From positions 1 through 64,000 of IMG/VR virus record IMGVR_UViG_3300025141_000025: a DNA stretch of 64,000 bases; one strand, given 5' to 3'. The notes beneath the pieces are model-generated. The model was given only the letters and a program-made list of their open reading frames with translations, searched no databases and was not told the DNA's origin. This document shows, one piece after another, positions 9,054 to 18,561 of the stretch; position 1 is the stretch's first letter; every line of letters starts with the position of its first letter. The DNA comes from a virus. Position numbers and translations under genes: made by a program.

Positions 9054-10925
9054 TTAGATGATGTTCATATCGAGGCACGTAACAGTACCGTAGAAGTCGG
9101 AACGAACCATCTTCTTACCGTAACGAGTCATGACACCCTTACGCGGGGTGAAGTCCTCAGGAGCGAAGATAGTAGGCGTAACGATAAGCGGTACGTACGG
9201 AGCATAGACGTAGCCAGTCTCAAGGTAGCTTCCGCCCTTGTAGCCGACGAGAACCTTATTTCGTGGGAAGTAAGGATCCTTGTAGACCGTGAAGCGGTTG
9301 CTAAGAGTACCGACCTTGTCAGCACCGATGACCATACCACTGACTTGTCCGTCACCGTCCAACGAGAACGAAGGCTTGAAGTAAACAGAAGCCTCGAGGA
9401 TTGTGGCGACGTCCGGACCGACAACAACAAAGTTTGCCGAACCACGGAGGGTCTTGCGGTGAATCTCATTGGCGACATCGATGATAGTCTCAATGAGGGT
9501 CTCGTACCACTCACGAACGGTACCGGTAAAGTTTGGACCAGGTGCATTGGATCCGCTACGCAGAACCTCAGAACCATTCTTCTTGTTGACAAACTTACCT
9601 GGCGAACGTGACCAGTAGTAGTTAGCAGCACCAGCCTGGGTGAGAAGATCGTTGAGGATCTCGCGATCGAGTTCCAGCGCAATCTGCTCAGAAAGGATCT
9701 GCGTCAACTCAACCTCAGCGTCGAGGCTGTGGTATGCATTGAGATCCTGTGCCAGTTCTGGCGACCAACGAGCACGCAACTTACGAGTCTCAGCAACAAC
9801 AGCAACCGACTCAATCTTGATGTCAATCTCTGGGATTGCTGGGGAAGGAGTTGTGCCGAAATCTGATTCGAAAGATGGAATGACAAGCGTGTCACCCGTA
9901 CCAGTGTTAAGCTGAGCACCTGTGACGTGTGTCACAACCATGGTTCCAGCGGCTGTAGTATCAGCATTTACACCGGAAACGATAAGAAGCAGCGCAGCGT
10001 TTGCATCACCAGGTTGGGTGAGACCGTCAGGAGTAAAAGTACCCCCATCCCATAGACCAATCTGGTTGAGACGACGAACGTTCGCGCATGTGCCATCCTG
10101 AATTGCCTTACCTTCAGCGTCGTTTCCAACCGCTTTGTACGGGCCAACTGCAGGAATTGACATCTCCTTAACAAGTGTTGTGTCAGCCTCACCGAACGCA
10201 GCCGATGTTAGGGAGACAACAACTGCCGAATAAACAGCATTACCTGAACTGGCGCCTGCACCGGCGGAACAATCCTCGATCGCTGTTGTAAGCTGTGGAT
10301 CAAACTGCATCAGCTTGCCGTCAGAACCTGTTGCAAAGAGGTTGTTCCCAATTGCAAACGTTGAAGTTCCAGCGAACGCGCCGGATGCGAGCAATGTTGC
10401 GTCGACCACACCATAAACACGTGAATAACCAGAACCTGCCAAGTCATACTGACCGCCAACACCGAGTGAACCGGAACGGACACCCTTACCTGCTGGTGAG
10501 TTGTAGATTGAAGATCCTGAGTTATAAGGAACAGCCGAACCGGCGTTACCAGCAAGGACACCACCGTAGGTGTAATCCAAGTAAAAGAGCAGACCGGAAG
10601 GAAGGCTCATTGGTTGAATCGATACCAAATCGTTAGCGATCAGGCCACCAAAAACACGACGAACAATTGGAAATGCAATGTTCGTGAAACCACGAAGATC
10701 GCCTGATGAAGTCAGATTTCCGCCACCGGTTGAGAGACTTGAAGCCTCCTTCAACACCTGGCCTGCCTGATTCTCAAGCATGCGGGCCATGTTCTCCCGC
10801 TTTGTGCCGTCAAGGCCTCGAAGCAAACCGGTTCGGTTCCACTTCTCAACCAGCTGCCTGCTTTGCGAACCCAAGTGACGTGCTCGGATTCCTTCAGTCA
10901 GCGTTTCAAGATTAAAGTTAGACAT
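9054..10925 (-). CDS. gp23: Major capsid protein, T4 gp23-like (623 aa)
   Basis: ARMLENQ, FPIVRRVF, VSIQPMSLPSGLLFYL, AETRKLRARWSPELAQDLNAYHSLDAEVEL, YAPYVPL, FTPRKGVMTRYG motifs. Confidence 0.97.
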   Translation of the reverse strand: MSNFNLETLTEGIRARHLGSQSRQLVEKWNRTGLLRGLDGTKRENMARMLENQAGQVLKEASSLSTGGGNLTSSGDLRGFTNIAFPIVRRVFGGLIANDLVSIQPMSLPSGLLFYLDYTYGGVLAGNAGSAVPYNSGSSIYNSPAGKGVRSGSLGVGGQYDLAGSGYSRVYGVVDATLLASGAFAGTSTFAIGNNLFATGSDGKLMQFDPQLTTAIEDCSAGAGASSGNAVYSAVVVSLTSAAFGEADTTLVKEMSIPAVGPYKAVGNDAEGKAIQDGTCANVRRLNQIGLWDGGTFTPDGLTQPGDANAALLLIVSGVNADTTAAGTMVVTHVTGAQLNTGTGDTLVIPSFESDFGTTPSPAIPEIDIKIESVAVVAETRKLRARWSPELAQDLNAYHSLDAEVELTQILSEQIALELDREILNDLLTQAGAANYYWSRSPGKFVNKKNGSEVLRSGSNAPGPNFTGTVREWYETLIETIIDVANEIHRKTLRGSANFVVVGPDVATILEASVYFKPSFSLDGDGQVSGMVIGADKVGTLSNRFTVYKDPYFPRNKVLVGYKGGSYLETGYVYAPYVPLIVTPTIFAPEDFTPRKGVMTRYGKKMVRSDFYGTVTCLDMNII

Positions 10926-10966
10926 AATTTTCTCCTATATGTTCTAAACAAAAAATTGGATCAGCA

Positions 10967-12679
10967 TTACTTGCCGATACCAGCCAAGACTGCCCATCTA
11001 TCCGTCTCAACGCCATTACTGGAAGGCTGTGCCGACCGGGTTGATCTGGAGGATGATCCGAGAGTCCTTCTAACAGACTCGCTAAGGGTTTTACCACTAC
11101 GGCCTCTCCGTGCGAGTGATCCAGAGAGTGACTTGTAAAGCAGCTTTGCTTCGCGGAGCGTCTTGGCATTATCTAGAGCCTCGACAATTGCCCGCTGTTG
11201 CTTGACAGTCAAATTTTTGTTTTGCAAAAGCTTGTTTGCATAAAGTAATTTTGCGTTGAATAAGTTCATTTCAACTAATTGTTTCTTAAGGGACTGTGCG
11301 GCACGCTTATACTCAGCGGCTTCACGAATCGCACTTTGATTTCTAGAAGGTGATCGTCGGCTTCTTCGGCGACGCTCAGCAATTCTACGAGCACGGCGTC
11401 GGCGACTCTCAGGCATTGCATCACCACCTGCAGCAGGTCCACCAAGGGCTCCTCCTACGTCTGGCGTTGGGGCATCGCCTAGCTCATCCGCGAGTGCGTT
11501 GATCAGGTCATCCTCATCGACATCCACAACCACATCGCCATCGCTGTCACCACCACCAAAGTTATCAAGGACGGAATCATCGACGCCTTCCTCTTGCTCT
11601 CGTAGTTGTCTTCGTCGGCGCATGCGCTTGAGTTCACGACGTAAGGCAGCTTCTGAAATTTCGTACATTTCGCCTTCCTCAAGGTCTAGCTCTTCCTCAT
11701 CGTCGAGCTCCAATTCCTCGTCGCCTTCCTCTTCACCTTCTTCACCTTCTTCAGTGATTTCAAGATCCAAACCTAAGGCAACACCTAGGTCCTCAAGGGC
11801 AGTTGAAGCTGCATCGACATCAACGTCCTCAGCACCTACTTCGACCTCTTCCTCTTCGACGTCGACTTCAACCTCATCGGTTTCCACCTCGTCCTGCTCG
11901 TACATACCTTCTTTCTTCATCTCAGCATCCTCCGCTTCGAAGAGAAAGTCGAAAATGTTCTTCTTATACTTACTTGACATTTCTCTCATCTCCTTTATGG
12001 TAGAATTCAGCCTTTTTTGGAGGCGCTGAGAACCTCTTCCACTTCGTCTCAAATCATTTTGCAAGGAGACCCCCTCCTTGACCAATGAAACAAAACTAAG
12101 TTCTAATCTGCGTTGTTGATTTTTTCTAAGTTTTCCTTCTCTAACAACGCTTAGCACACCACGTAATTTGGAAACCTTCTCTTCCAACCTCGTGATTCGT
12201 GCATTGATCTTTTTATCTGCAATAAAATCATGCTTGACTAATTTTGCAAATGCTTCAGCAATTGCCCTGTCAGTCATTAGGGTTTCATCGTCAGCTTCGT
12301 CCTCTTCGGTTTCAAGCTCAATATTAACATCACCCGATGCATATACGGCAATTGCAGAATCAGCGACGTCGGCAGCTGTGTCCATCATCTGTGAAGTTGT
12401 ACTGTCATCGACATCAACGTCTGGAATGCTATCAACGATTGAATCAAAATCTAGACCATCATCTGTTTGACCAGGCTCCATTAAATCAATGCCTAGTTCT
12501 TCACTGGCATCACCCTCAAGATCATCTTCAAGACCATCTTGTTCAAACAAAATTCGTGCATTAATCATTTGCCGAATTTGTGGCGTAATTGACTCCATAA
12601 TTTTATCGCGTGCCGCTTGTTCCGCTGTTTCTCTAATTTTTTTTGCGTCAAGCAAAGCTTCATCATATATTCTTGACAT
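10967..12679 (-). CDS. Prohead scaffolding/core protein (gp22-like; likely start MSRIYD at 12679)
   Basis: Immediately upstream of the capsid gene. Extremely acidic tracts plus coiled coils, many (L/I)-x-E potential prohead-protease sites, C-terminal MNLFNAKLLYANKL...DRWAVLAGI. GAGG SD. Confidence 0.8.
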   Translation of the reverse strand: MSRIYDEALLDAKKIRETAEQAARDKIMESITPQIRQMINARILFEQDGLEDDLEGDASEELGIDLMEPGQTDDGLDFDSIVDSIPDVDVDDSTTSQMMDTAADVADSAIAVYASGDVNIELETEEDEADDETLMTDRAIAEAFAKLVKHDFIADKKINARITRLEEKVSKLRGVLSVVREGKLRKNQQRRLELSFVSLVKEGVSLQNDLRRSGRGSQRLQKRLNSTIKEMREMSSKYKKNIFDFLFEAEDAEMKKEGMYEQDEVETDEVEVDVEEEEVEVGAEDVDVDAASTALEDLGVALGLDLEITEEGEEGEEEGDEELELDDEEELDLEEGEMYEISEAALRRELKRMRRRRQLREQEEGVDDSVLDNFGGGDSDGDVVVDVDEDDLINALADELGDAPTPDVGGALGGPAAGGDAMPESRRRRARRIAERRRRSRRSPSRNQSAIREAAEYKRAAQSLKKQLVEMNLFNAKLLYANKLLQNKNLTVKQQRAIVEALDNAKTLREAKLLYKSLSGSLARRGRSGKTLSESVRRTLGSSSRSTRSAQPSSNGVETDRWAVLAGIGK

Positions 12680-12695
12680 GCGCACCTCTTGCACG

Positions 12696-12702
12696 TAAGT
12701 AT
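12696..12702 (-). promoter_or_regulatory. Putative late promoter element ATACTTA upstream of scaffold/capsid genes
   Basis: Shared intergenic motif. Confidence 0.65.
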
Positions 12703-12727
12703 TGTTTAACAAGGCAATATTGACTCA

Positions 12728-13300
12728 TTATGAATCTTTTTTTGCCAAATCTATCAATGTGTAAATATCATCGTCTTTTGCAAAGTCACCTTCTTCTTTT
12801 TCTATGTCATTTTTCAAGGCCACTTTTAAGGGTGGCGGTGACTTCGACCAACCCCTTAAAGTACCTGTCCTTTTATAATTTGAACCGCCGCCGCCTTGGT
12901 ATGGGAATGCGGAACTGTATCCTGATGATGAAGGACCGACACTTTTATGTAATTGTGGAACGGAAACCATCGAATCGCTGAATGCAGCAATTTCAAAAAG
13001 AACTTTGTCTACCCTCCAAAAACAATCACTTAATTTAGTGTTTCCACCGGCAAAATAAAAAGAGTCAGTACCTCCGCCGGCGAAGTGATCAGTCGGAAAA
13101 TATTCTACTGATTTGCTTCTAACTGAGGATACTGACTCTTCATCAGTAAATTCTTCATCCTGATATGGGTCAAAATCTTTGTATGGATAATTTCCCGACA
13201 ACGCTCTTGGGTGATGAAACTTAGGATTGTTTGTTCCGTAACCTAAATCCTGCCTAGAGTCATAGGTTGCTATTACCGTCCTGCCGTCAGAACCTTGCAC
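12728..13300 (-). CDS. Hypothetical protein in head module
   Basis: 190-aa ORF filling the gap in the co-oriented operon. No recognised motif. Confidence 0.6.
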   Translation of the reverse strand: MQGSDGRTVIATYDSRQDLGYGTNNPKFHHPRALSGNYPYKDFDPYQDEEFTDEESVSSVRSKSVEYFPTDHFAGGGTDSFYFAGGNTKLSDCFWRVDKVLFEIAAFSDSMVSVPQLHKSVGPSSSGYSSAFPYQGGGGSNYKRTGTLRGWSKSPPPLKVALKNDIEKEEGDFAKDDDIYTLIDLAKKDS

Positions 13301-13321
13301 ATTGATCCTTTACGTCTTCGT

Positions 13322-13921
13322 TTATCCCGACTTTGCGGGATTAATTGCATCACGACTAGCCATGTTTTCGGCCTGCGTTTTTAGATTTGCAACGTCAGTG
13401 ATCTTTTGTCCGGCTAGCGTTGGCTGACCGTCTGATGAAAGTTTATCAGTAAAGGACTGTGGTGCTTCAGGTTTTGTGGTAACAGATGTGCTACCTTCGC
13501 CTGGTGAGGTTGGATTCGGAACAAAACCGGATGCCGGTTTTCCGTCTTTAGCATCGAGCTGTAATGCCTGTGTTTCTAAGTCGGGTGGAGGATTGGTCGC
13601 ATCGTCACTGGAATTAAAGTCTAAATCGTACTTACTCAATCCGTAAACACTGTCGTCTATGTTTCCTCTAACAACATTTTTAAAAAACCACCACTTCATG
13701 GCTGCAGGGGATGAAGTATCTACCTTGTCTACTTCTCCACCAGGTGCCTCATCGCCCTCTCCGGCGCCGGCGTATCCAACAACGGGTGTGCCAGGAAAAC
13801 ACTGTTGTAATGATGTAACATTCCTTGTTCCCATACTGCCTTCGACACCTTTACCACCAAAACCGGTAGTATCAGCCGTGACAGTCGCGTGTTCCATCGT
13901 TGTTTTAACTTCAATAGCCAT
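13322..13921 (-). CDS. Hypothetical protein in head module (Gly/Pro/Asp-rich)
   Basis: 199-aa ORF with strong GGGAGAG SD. Confidence 0.7.
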   Translation of the reverse strand: MAIEVKTTMEHATVTADTTGFGGKGVEGSMGTRNVTSLQQCFPGTPVVGYAGAGEGDEAPGGEVDKVDTSSPAAMKWWFFKNVVRGNIDDSVYGLSKYDLDFNSSDDATNPPPDLETQALQLDAKDGKPASGFVPNPTSPGEGSTSVTTKPEAPQSFTDKLSSDGQPTLAGQKITDVANLKTQAENMASRDAINPAKSG

Positions 13922-13937
13922 GAATTCTCTCCCTTAG

Positions 13938-14219
13938 TTATACTCTTTTTGCAATTCTGCGAGTAAGCAACTCTTTAGCCTCACGAATTTTCTTGATTTT
14001 TTTAATCAAACGTCTTTCCGTAATCTTCAAAGCCTTAATATGGTCTAGGTCTTTAGCAATTGAGTCCGCAAATTCGGAAGCTTCAACTTCCTCTGCATCA
14101 ACTTTTTCAATTGGCTCAAGTTCCCCGCCAGAAACTGCCTCTTGGCGAAGCTTGCGCGCTTCTTCTTTAATAACTTTCTTCAAGAAATCAGGTGTAATCT
14201 TTCTAACTCTTTTTGCCAT
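13938..14219 (-). CDS. Small prohead core/internal protein candidate (likely start MAKRVRK at 14219)
   Basis: GGAGA SD, charged helical sequence, LKKVIKEE motif, head-module position. Confidence 0.6.
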   Translation of the reverse strand: MAKRVRKITPDFLKKVIKEEARKLRQEAVSGGELEPIEKVDAEEVEASEFADSIAKDLDHIKALKITERRLIKKIKKIREAKELLTRRIAKRV

Positions 14220-14252
14220 TTTATTCTCCGCGCCATTTTTGGCGATCAACTC

Positions 14253-14259
14253 TAAATAT
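14253..14259 (-). promoter_or_regulatory. Putative late promoter element ATATTTA
   Basis: Shared intergenic motif. Confidence 0.6.
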
Positions 14260-14261
14260 AC

Positions 14262-14759
14262 CTACGGCGATGTTTTTGACGTTCTTTCTACGACTTCGCC
14301 CCAATTTTTTGTTGCTTCGCCAAAAAGGGAATTAATATCTATTCCCGCATTGCCTGCTGTGGGTAAATTTGCATCATTCACTAAATCATGACCATGTGAA
14401 CTCGAACCACCACTTATGGCATGAGGTGTGGGAATATTTGATTCATGTTGCATCTGTTCCTGGAGCGTAGTTCTTGCTGTATCGGCAAGGATTCCTTGTA
14501 ATACAGGATCATCAGTCGCTGCCTGCGCTGTTGCGCTCACTTTTGTTTCAAACGTAGTGCCACCACCAGCACGAGATTTATTTTGCAAAGCCGAATCCAA
14601 TTGATCAAATAATGACCTTGAACGCTTTTTAGTAGGTTGTAATGTTCTTTGTGAAGTGGCCTCCATAAGCTTCTCAGAATTGCCTAAACCGTCTGCCAAT
14701 ATCTCTACCAGGCACTCCTTGACAATACCCTTTAACATCTTCTTTGTAACTTTAGCCAT
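14262..14759 (-). CDS. Hypothetical head-associated protein
   Basis: N-terminal KKMLKGIVKECLVEIL resembles the neighbouring gene's LKKVIKEE motif. Confidence 0.65.
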   Translation of the reverse strand: MAKVTKKMLKGIVKECLVEILADGLGNSEKLMEATSQRTLQPTKKRSRSLFDQLDSALQNKSRAGGGTTFETKVSATAQAATDDPVLQGILADTARTTLQEQMQHESNIPTPHAISGGSSSHGHDLVNDANLPTAGNAGIDINSLFGEATKNWGEVVERTSKTSP

Positions 14760-15164
14760 TTAGCCAACACCCTCAAAGCCATTTGAACCTGTCATCTCCG
14801 GAAATTCTTTTACGTTGGTAAGTCCGGCTATAATTGTAAAACCTGTTGTGCTGGTACTTGATAAAAAGTAAACAGCATCACATTTGACAGGAATAACAGG
14901 GCTTACGTTAGAACCAGCATCATTTGGCAAAAGAATCCTGTTTATGGTTTCTGCGCCTTTAACACCGTTTGCGGTAAAACCAATATATAAATCGTTGCCC
15001 CCAATATTGGTTACCTGGATGAATTGCGTCACATATGGGAACCCTATTTTAATTGGGGTTGTGGCACCTACCTCGGTAGTGCTTGAACCGGTTACGAAAG
15101 GAAATCCACTTACTTGAAATTCCGATGTAGATCCATGGTGTGCTTTTGGGTAATGTATGCTCAT
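14760..15164 (-). CDS. Small beta-rich virion protein, possible capsid decoration (likely start MSIHYP at 15164)
   Basis: Beta-strand pattern, two TGS motifs, TAATG coupling to the protease gene. Confidence 0.55.
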   Translation of the reverse strand: MSIHYPKAHHGSTSEFQVSGFPFVTGSSTTEVGATTPIKIGFPYVTQFIQVTNIGGNDLYIGFTANGVKGAETINRILLPNDAGSNVSPVIPVKCDAVYFLSSTSTTGFTIIAGLTNVKEFPEMTGSNGFEGVG

Positions 15165-15769
15165 TATTTCCACTCCTTGATATCGTTGAATAGTCTAAAC
15201 AAACGATCTGATTTTGTGAAATGACGGTTCAAATCTTTTCTGGAGAAATCTTTACCTTCTTTCATCATAAATGCACCCGGTGTTGAAGGCTCAGACACAT
15301 AATCCCAGCAGATCAACTGAAAATCGTCTTGTACAACATCATAGTCACCTTCACGGCGAGTAGAGCCAACACCCCTTGAAGAAATGCCGAGAGTCACGCC
15401 TGATTCCACAAGACTTTGGAGTATTTTTCCACTTGGTGTATCCAAAAGCTCGACTGTTCCATAACATACGCCGGCATCCATATGGGCTTCACGAATAATG
15501 TGTGATGCATTTTTTAGTTCAACAACCGATGAATCCGGATGGTCACATTCACCTAGTGCTCTGTTTTCCTTAATAAATTTCTGGTAGTTTCGAACTTCGC
15601 GAGTAAGAATAGACTCCGGATAGATTCTTCCATTTTGATTCAATGTATCTGACTTCTGTAAAATTCCCTTCATGATAATTTTACCATTGTTCATTTCACG
15701 ACTTTCTTTGATCTGGTCAGGTGAATAATCAAACGCCAGCCATTCTGTCAATAATTTTCTCTCACTCAT
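15164..15769 (-). CDS. gp21: Prohead maturation protease, T4 gp21-like (likely start MSERK at 15769)
   Basis: NQNGRIYP, ALGECDHP (catalytic His), TPSGKIL, LGISSRGVGS (catalytic Ser), WDYVSEPSTPGA. Confidence 0.95.
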   Translation of the reverse strand: MSERKLLTEWLAFDYSPDQIKESREMNNGKIIMKGILQKSDTLNQNGRIYPESILTREVRNYQKFIKENRALGECDHPDSSVVELKNASHIIREAHMDAGVCYGTVELLDTPSGKILQSLVESGVTLGISSRGVGSTRREGDYDVVQDDFQLICWDYVSEPSTPGAFMMKEGKDFSRKDLNRHFTKSDRLFRLFNDIKEWK

Positions 15770-16613
15770 TTGATTCCATCTCCTCAATTAGGTGGACAAG
15801 GTGCAATGTCTTTGAGACGACATCATCATTTTTTTGCTCTGGCAAAGATTCAATTGACGCCTTGACACCTGCAATATTTTCTTTCAAAACTTTATTTTCA
15901 CAAGTTCTTCTAAATGAATCTAACGTTTGTAATGCCTTTGCTTTTGTTTCTTGTATAATCTCAATAAATTCCGCGTCATTACCTAAAACAGAACATTCCA
16001 AAATATTCTTTTGAGTTTCGCTTAGAGTGTCCTTGTATTTTTTTTCAAACTTTTGATACATGAGTTTTCTCACAAGGGGGTCAACAGGAATCTGTGCTGT
16101 TGCAGGTTTTTCTGTATCACGCGCCAACCACTCAACAATTTTCTCTTCATAAGTGGCACGTTCAGTAAGACCGAGCTTTTCCTTTCCTCTCCACTCATTT
16201 AAAATAGTTTGTACAGTCGCAAATAGCTTGTAATTGTCTATCTTAATGTCATAAAATCTACGCGACTCCGCCAGTGACGTATTGATATCCTTAATCAGTA
16301 ATGATTTTTCAATTCGCAATCTTTGTGGGTCGTGTGCACTTGCAGCGTTTTTACTCTCTGTTAAAATTCGTTCGGCCAAGGACCTATTTCCAACTGGCAT
16401 GTTTACCATTGCGTTGAATAAACGAAATTCCTTATAAAGCTCAGTGCCCGGCCGAAAGTGCTTTGCAATTATTTGAACTGCTCTTTCAGCTGCTTTGTTG
16501 TCCTCGGCGATCATCGAACTTGCAACGTATCTTACGAGCTGTTCGTGAATCAAACCGACGTTGCGTTTCTTATTATGCTTCGCCATTTTGGTCTTCTCCG
16601 TCGTTATCGTCAC
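15762..16613 (-). CDS. Hypothetical helical head-assembly protein between portal and protease
   Basis: Long ORF with N-terminal KHNKKRN. Occupies the position of the T4 prohead core genes 67/68. Real start may be MAKHNKK. Confidence 0.65.
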   Translation of the reverse strand: MTITTEKTKMAKHNKKRNVGLIHEQLVRYVASSMIAEDNKAAERAVQIIAKHFRPGTELYKEFRLFNAMVNMPVGNRSLAERILTESKNAASAHDPQRLRIEKSLLIKDINTSLAESRRFYDIKIDNYKLFATVQTILNEWRGKEKLGLTERATYEEKIVEWLARDTEKPATAQIPVDPLVRKLMYQKFEKKYKDTLSETQKNILECSVLGNDAEFIEIIQETKAKALQTLDSFRRTCENKVLKENIAGVKASIESLPEQKNDDVVSKTLHLVHLIEEMESNE

Positions 16614-18501
16614 CTAACAATACTTCTGAAAGTAGGGACTTTCTATTTATATTTATCGAATTGCCCATTGAAGACATCATTCTTTCCAGATCATTTGTTA
16701 TTCTAGGCCTGTCTACATCACGTGCATCTTCTAATGCAGGATTAAGTAGAAAATCTGAATCAAATGGTTTATTCATGGAATCTTGACCCCTACCGGCTTT
16801 TCCTACCGATACCATTTTACCAAAATTTGGCATATGTGTAGAGTCCGGGCCATTTCTCACCCGGCGATCAGCCTTAATTGGGCCACCGAAAGCATTCATC
16901 TTTTTGGCAGCTTTTTCTGGAGCGTCATCATCGTCCATAGATAAATCCAGCATTAAATCATCATCTTCATCAACTTCTTCTTTGTTTGAATCTTTGGCGG
17001 GCAATGCAGTGATAAGGTCACCCTCAGGCTTATCACCTGAGAAGAGGTCATCTCCACCACCTGCATCGTCTCCACCACCTGCATCGTCTCCGCCACCTTC
17101 TGCTGCTGCGGCGCCCGATTCAACTTCAGAATCTTCAATTTTATCAGCAATTCTGCCGTCTTTAATTTCACCGATTTCTTCTGATGTGAGACCTAAAATA
17201 TTTCTCCTGATCCATTCTCTGTCAACGACACCTTCAGGAGCTGCACCGGCAATTTCAAACTGAGCACGAATTAGCTCAAGTTTTTGTTGCTGTGCAACCG
17301 AACTTGGGTTCGTAAGGCGAAGATTAAAGTCTGCCAACTCTTCACCTTCAAATCCATGACAGTATAGGTGAATCATTGCCAATTTGTTTAATTCGGCGAT
17401 TATTGTTTTTTGAATTCTAGTAATAGTCCTGGAAAACCTAATATCTTCCTGGGCCAGCGTTGCTTTTGAACCGACATCTTCATCATATCCCAAATATGCT
17501 CGAGGAATCTTGAGTGCGGCGAAGAGTTTCTTTTGAATGTACTGAACATCTTCAATGGCAGACGCATTTGTACCTCCAGCTAACGTGTCAATTTTAGTTC
17601 CACTTTCGCCACCCCTAACAGGCAAAAAATAATCTTCATCCACTGAATATGGATTATAACGAAAATCGACTTGACCATTGTCTTTATCAACGACAGGTTG
17701 CCTTTTTAGGCTTGACTGGGCTTGTTGCATGTAATTTTCAATTTCTTCTGGTGCAATGTTACCTACATCAATATAAAAAACCCTTCGCTCCGGAGCACGT
17801 ATTACCCTGTAAACTAACATTGCATCTTCCATGAGAATAAGCTGGCGCCAAATTCTTCGGGCAGATTCTAAAACAGATGAGCCATACGGCAAAAATGCAT
17901 CATTTCCTAAAAGCCTAAAGTGGCTAATTTGCCAATTCTCTAATGTTTGATTGCCTTGAGTAATCCATCTAAAACGAACTGCCATGGGATCTTCGGCATC
18001 AAAACCTTCCTCTCTTTCAATCTCACTAATCGCTATAGGATAAGCATTTATGACCCCAAACTCAGGTGAGATGTCGTTAAACAAAAAGAAATCCCCGTAT
18101 TTACACAGGTTCCTTGCCCACATCACCAAGTTAAAATCGACATTCAGAATATCATAAAAGAGCTCTTCCAAAATCTCTTGAATTCTATTGTTTTCTGAAT
18201 AGATGTGGAGGACTCTACCCTTATCATCTCCACTGACTGTCTCTTCGGAGTAAATGTCAAGCGCAGATCCAATTTCTGGTGTTGCTTCCATCTCGGAAAA
18301 ATCGCTATACCTCGACATCCTATCAAATGCGCCATAAGAGCTTAATGTACTGTTGTATACATCACTGTGGGCTTTTCTAAAAACCTCAAGTGCCGAAGAT
18401 GCCCCTGTCTGACTGACATTTCTTACTTTTCTACGAACTACGGGGCCGGAACGAAATAGCTTTGTTAGCCGAGTAAATAATGATCCCTTGTTATCTGCCA
18501 T
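16573..18501 (-). CDS. gp20: Portal protein, T4 gp20-like
   Basis: LILMEDAMLVYRVIRAPERRVFYIDVGN, EDYFLPVRGG, TKIDTLAGG, DVQYIQKKLFAALKIP motifs. Confidence 0.96.
   Translation of the reverse strand: MADNKGSLFTRLTKLFRSGPVVRRKVRNVSQTGASSALEVFRKAHSDVYNSTLSSYGAFDRMSRYSDFSEMEATPEIGSALDIYSEETVSGDDKGRVLHIYSENNRIQEILEELFYDILNVDFNLVMWARNLCKYGDFFLFNDISPEFGVINAYPIAISEIEREEGFDAEDPMAVRFRWITQGNQTLENWQISHFRLLGNDAFLPYGSSVLESARRIWRQLILMEDAMLVYRVIRAPERRVFYIDVGNIAPEEIENYMQQAQSSLKRQPVVDKDNGQVDFRYNPYSVDEDYFLPVRGGESGTKIDTLAGGTNASAIEDVQYIQKKLFAALKIPRAYLGYDEDVGSKATLAQEDIRFSRTITRIQKTIIAELNKLAMIHLYCHGFEGEELADFNLRLTNPSSVAQQQKLELIRAQFEIAGAAPEGVVDREWIRRNILGLTSEEIGEIKDGRIADKIEDSEVESGAAAAEGGGDDAGGGDDAGGGDDLFSGDKPEGDLITALPAKDSNKEEVDEDDDLMLDLSMDDDDAPEKAAKKMNAFGGPIKADRRVRNGPDSTHMPNFGKMVSVGKAGRGQDSMNKPFDSDFLLNPALEDARDVDRPRITNDLERMMSSMGNSININRKSLLSEVLLGDDNDGEDQNGEA
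17051..17097. repeat. 18-bp tandem repeat (about 2.6 copies) encoding GGGDDA in the portal C-terminal tail
   Basis: TCTCCACCACCTGCATCG x2 followed by TCTCCGCCACC. Confidence 0.85.
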
Positions 18502-18517
18502 GGTGCCTCTAATCCAC

Positions 18518-18524
18518 TAAATAT
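18518..18524 (-). promoter_or_regulatory. Putative late promoter element ATATTTA upstream of portal
   Basis: Shared intergenic motif followed by GAGG SD. Confidence 0.65.
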
Positions 18525-18561
18525 TGACTTAGTGATGATTGTAGAAAGAATTCAAAAACTG

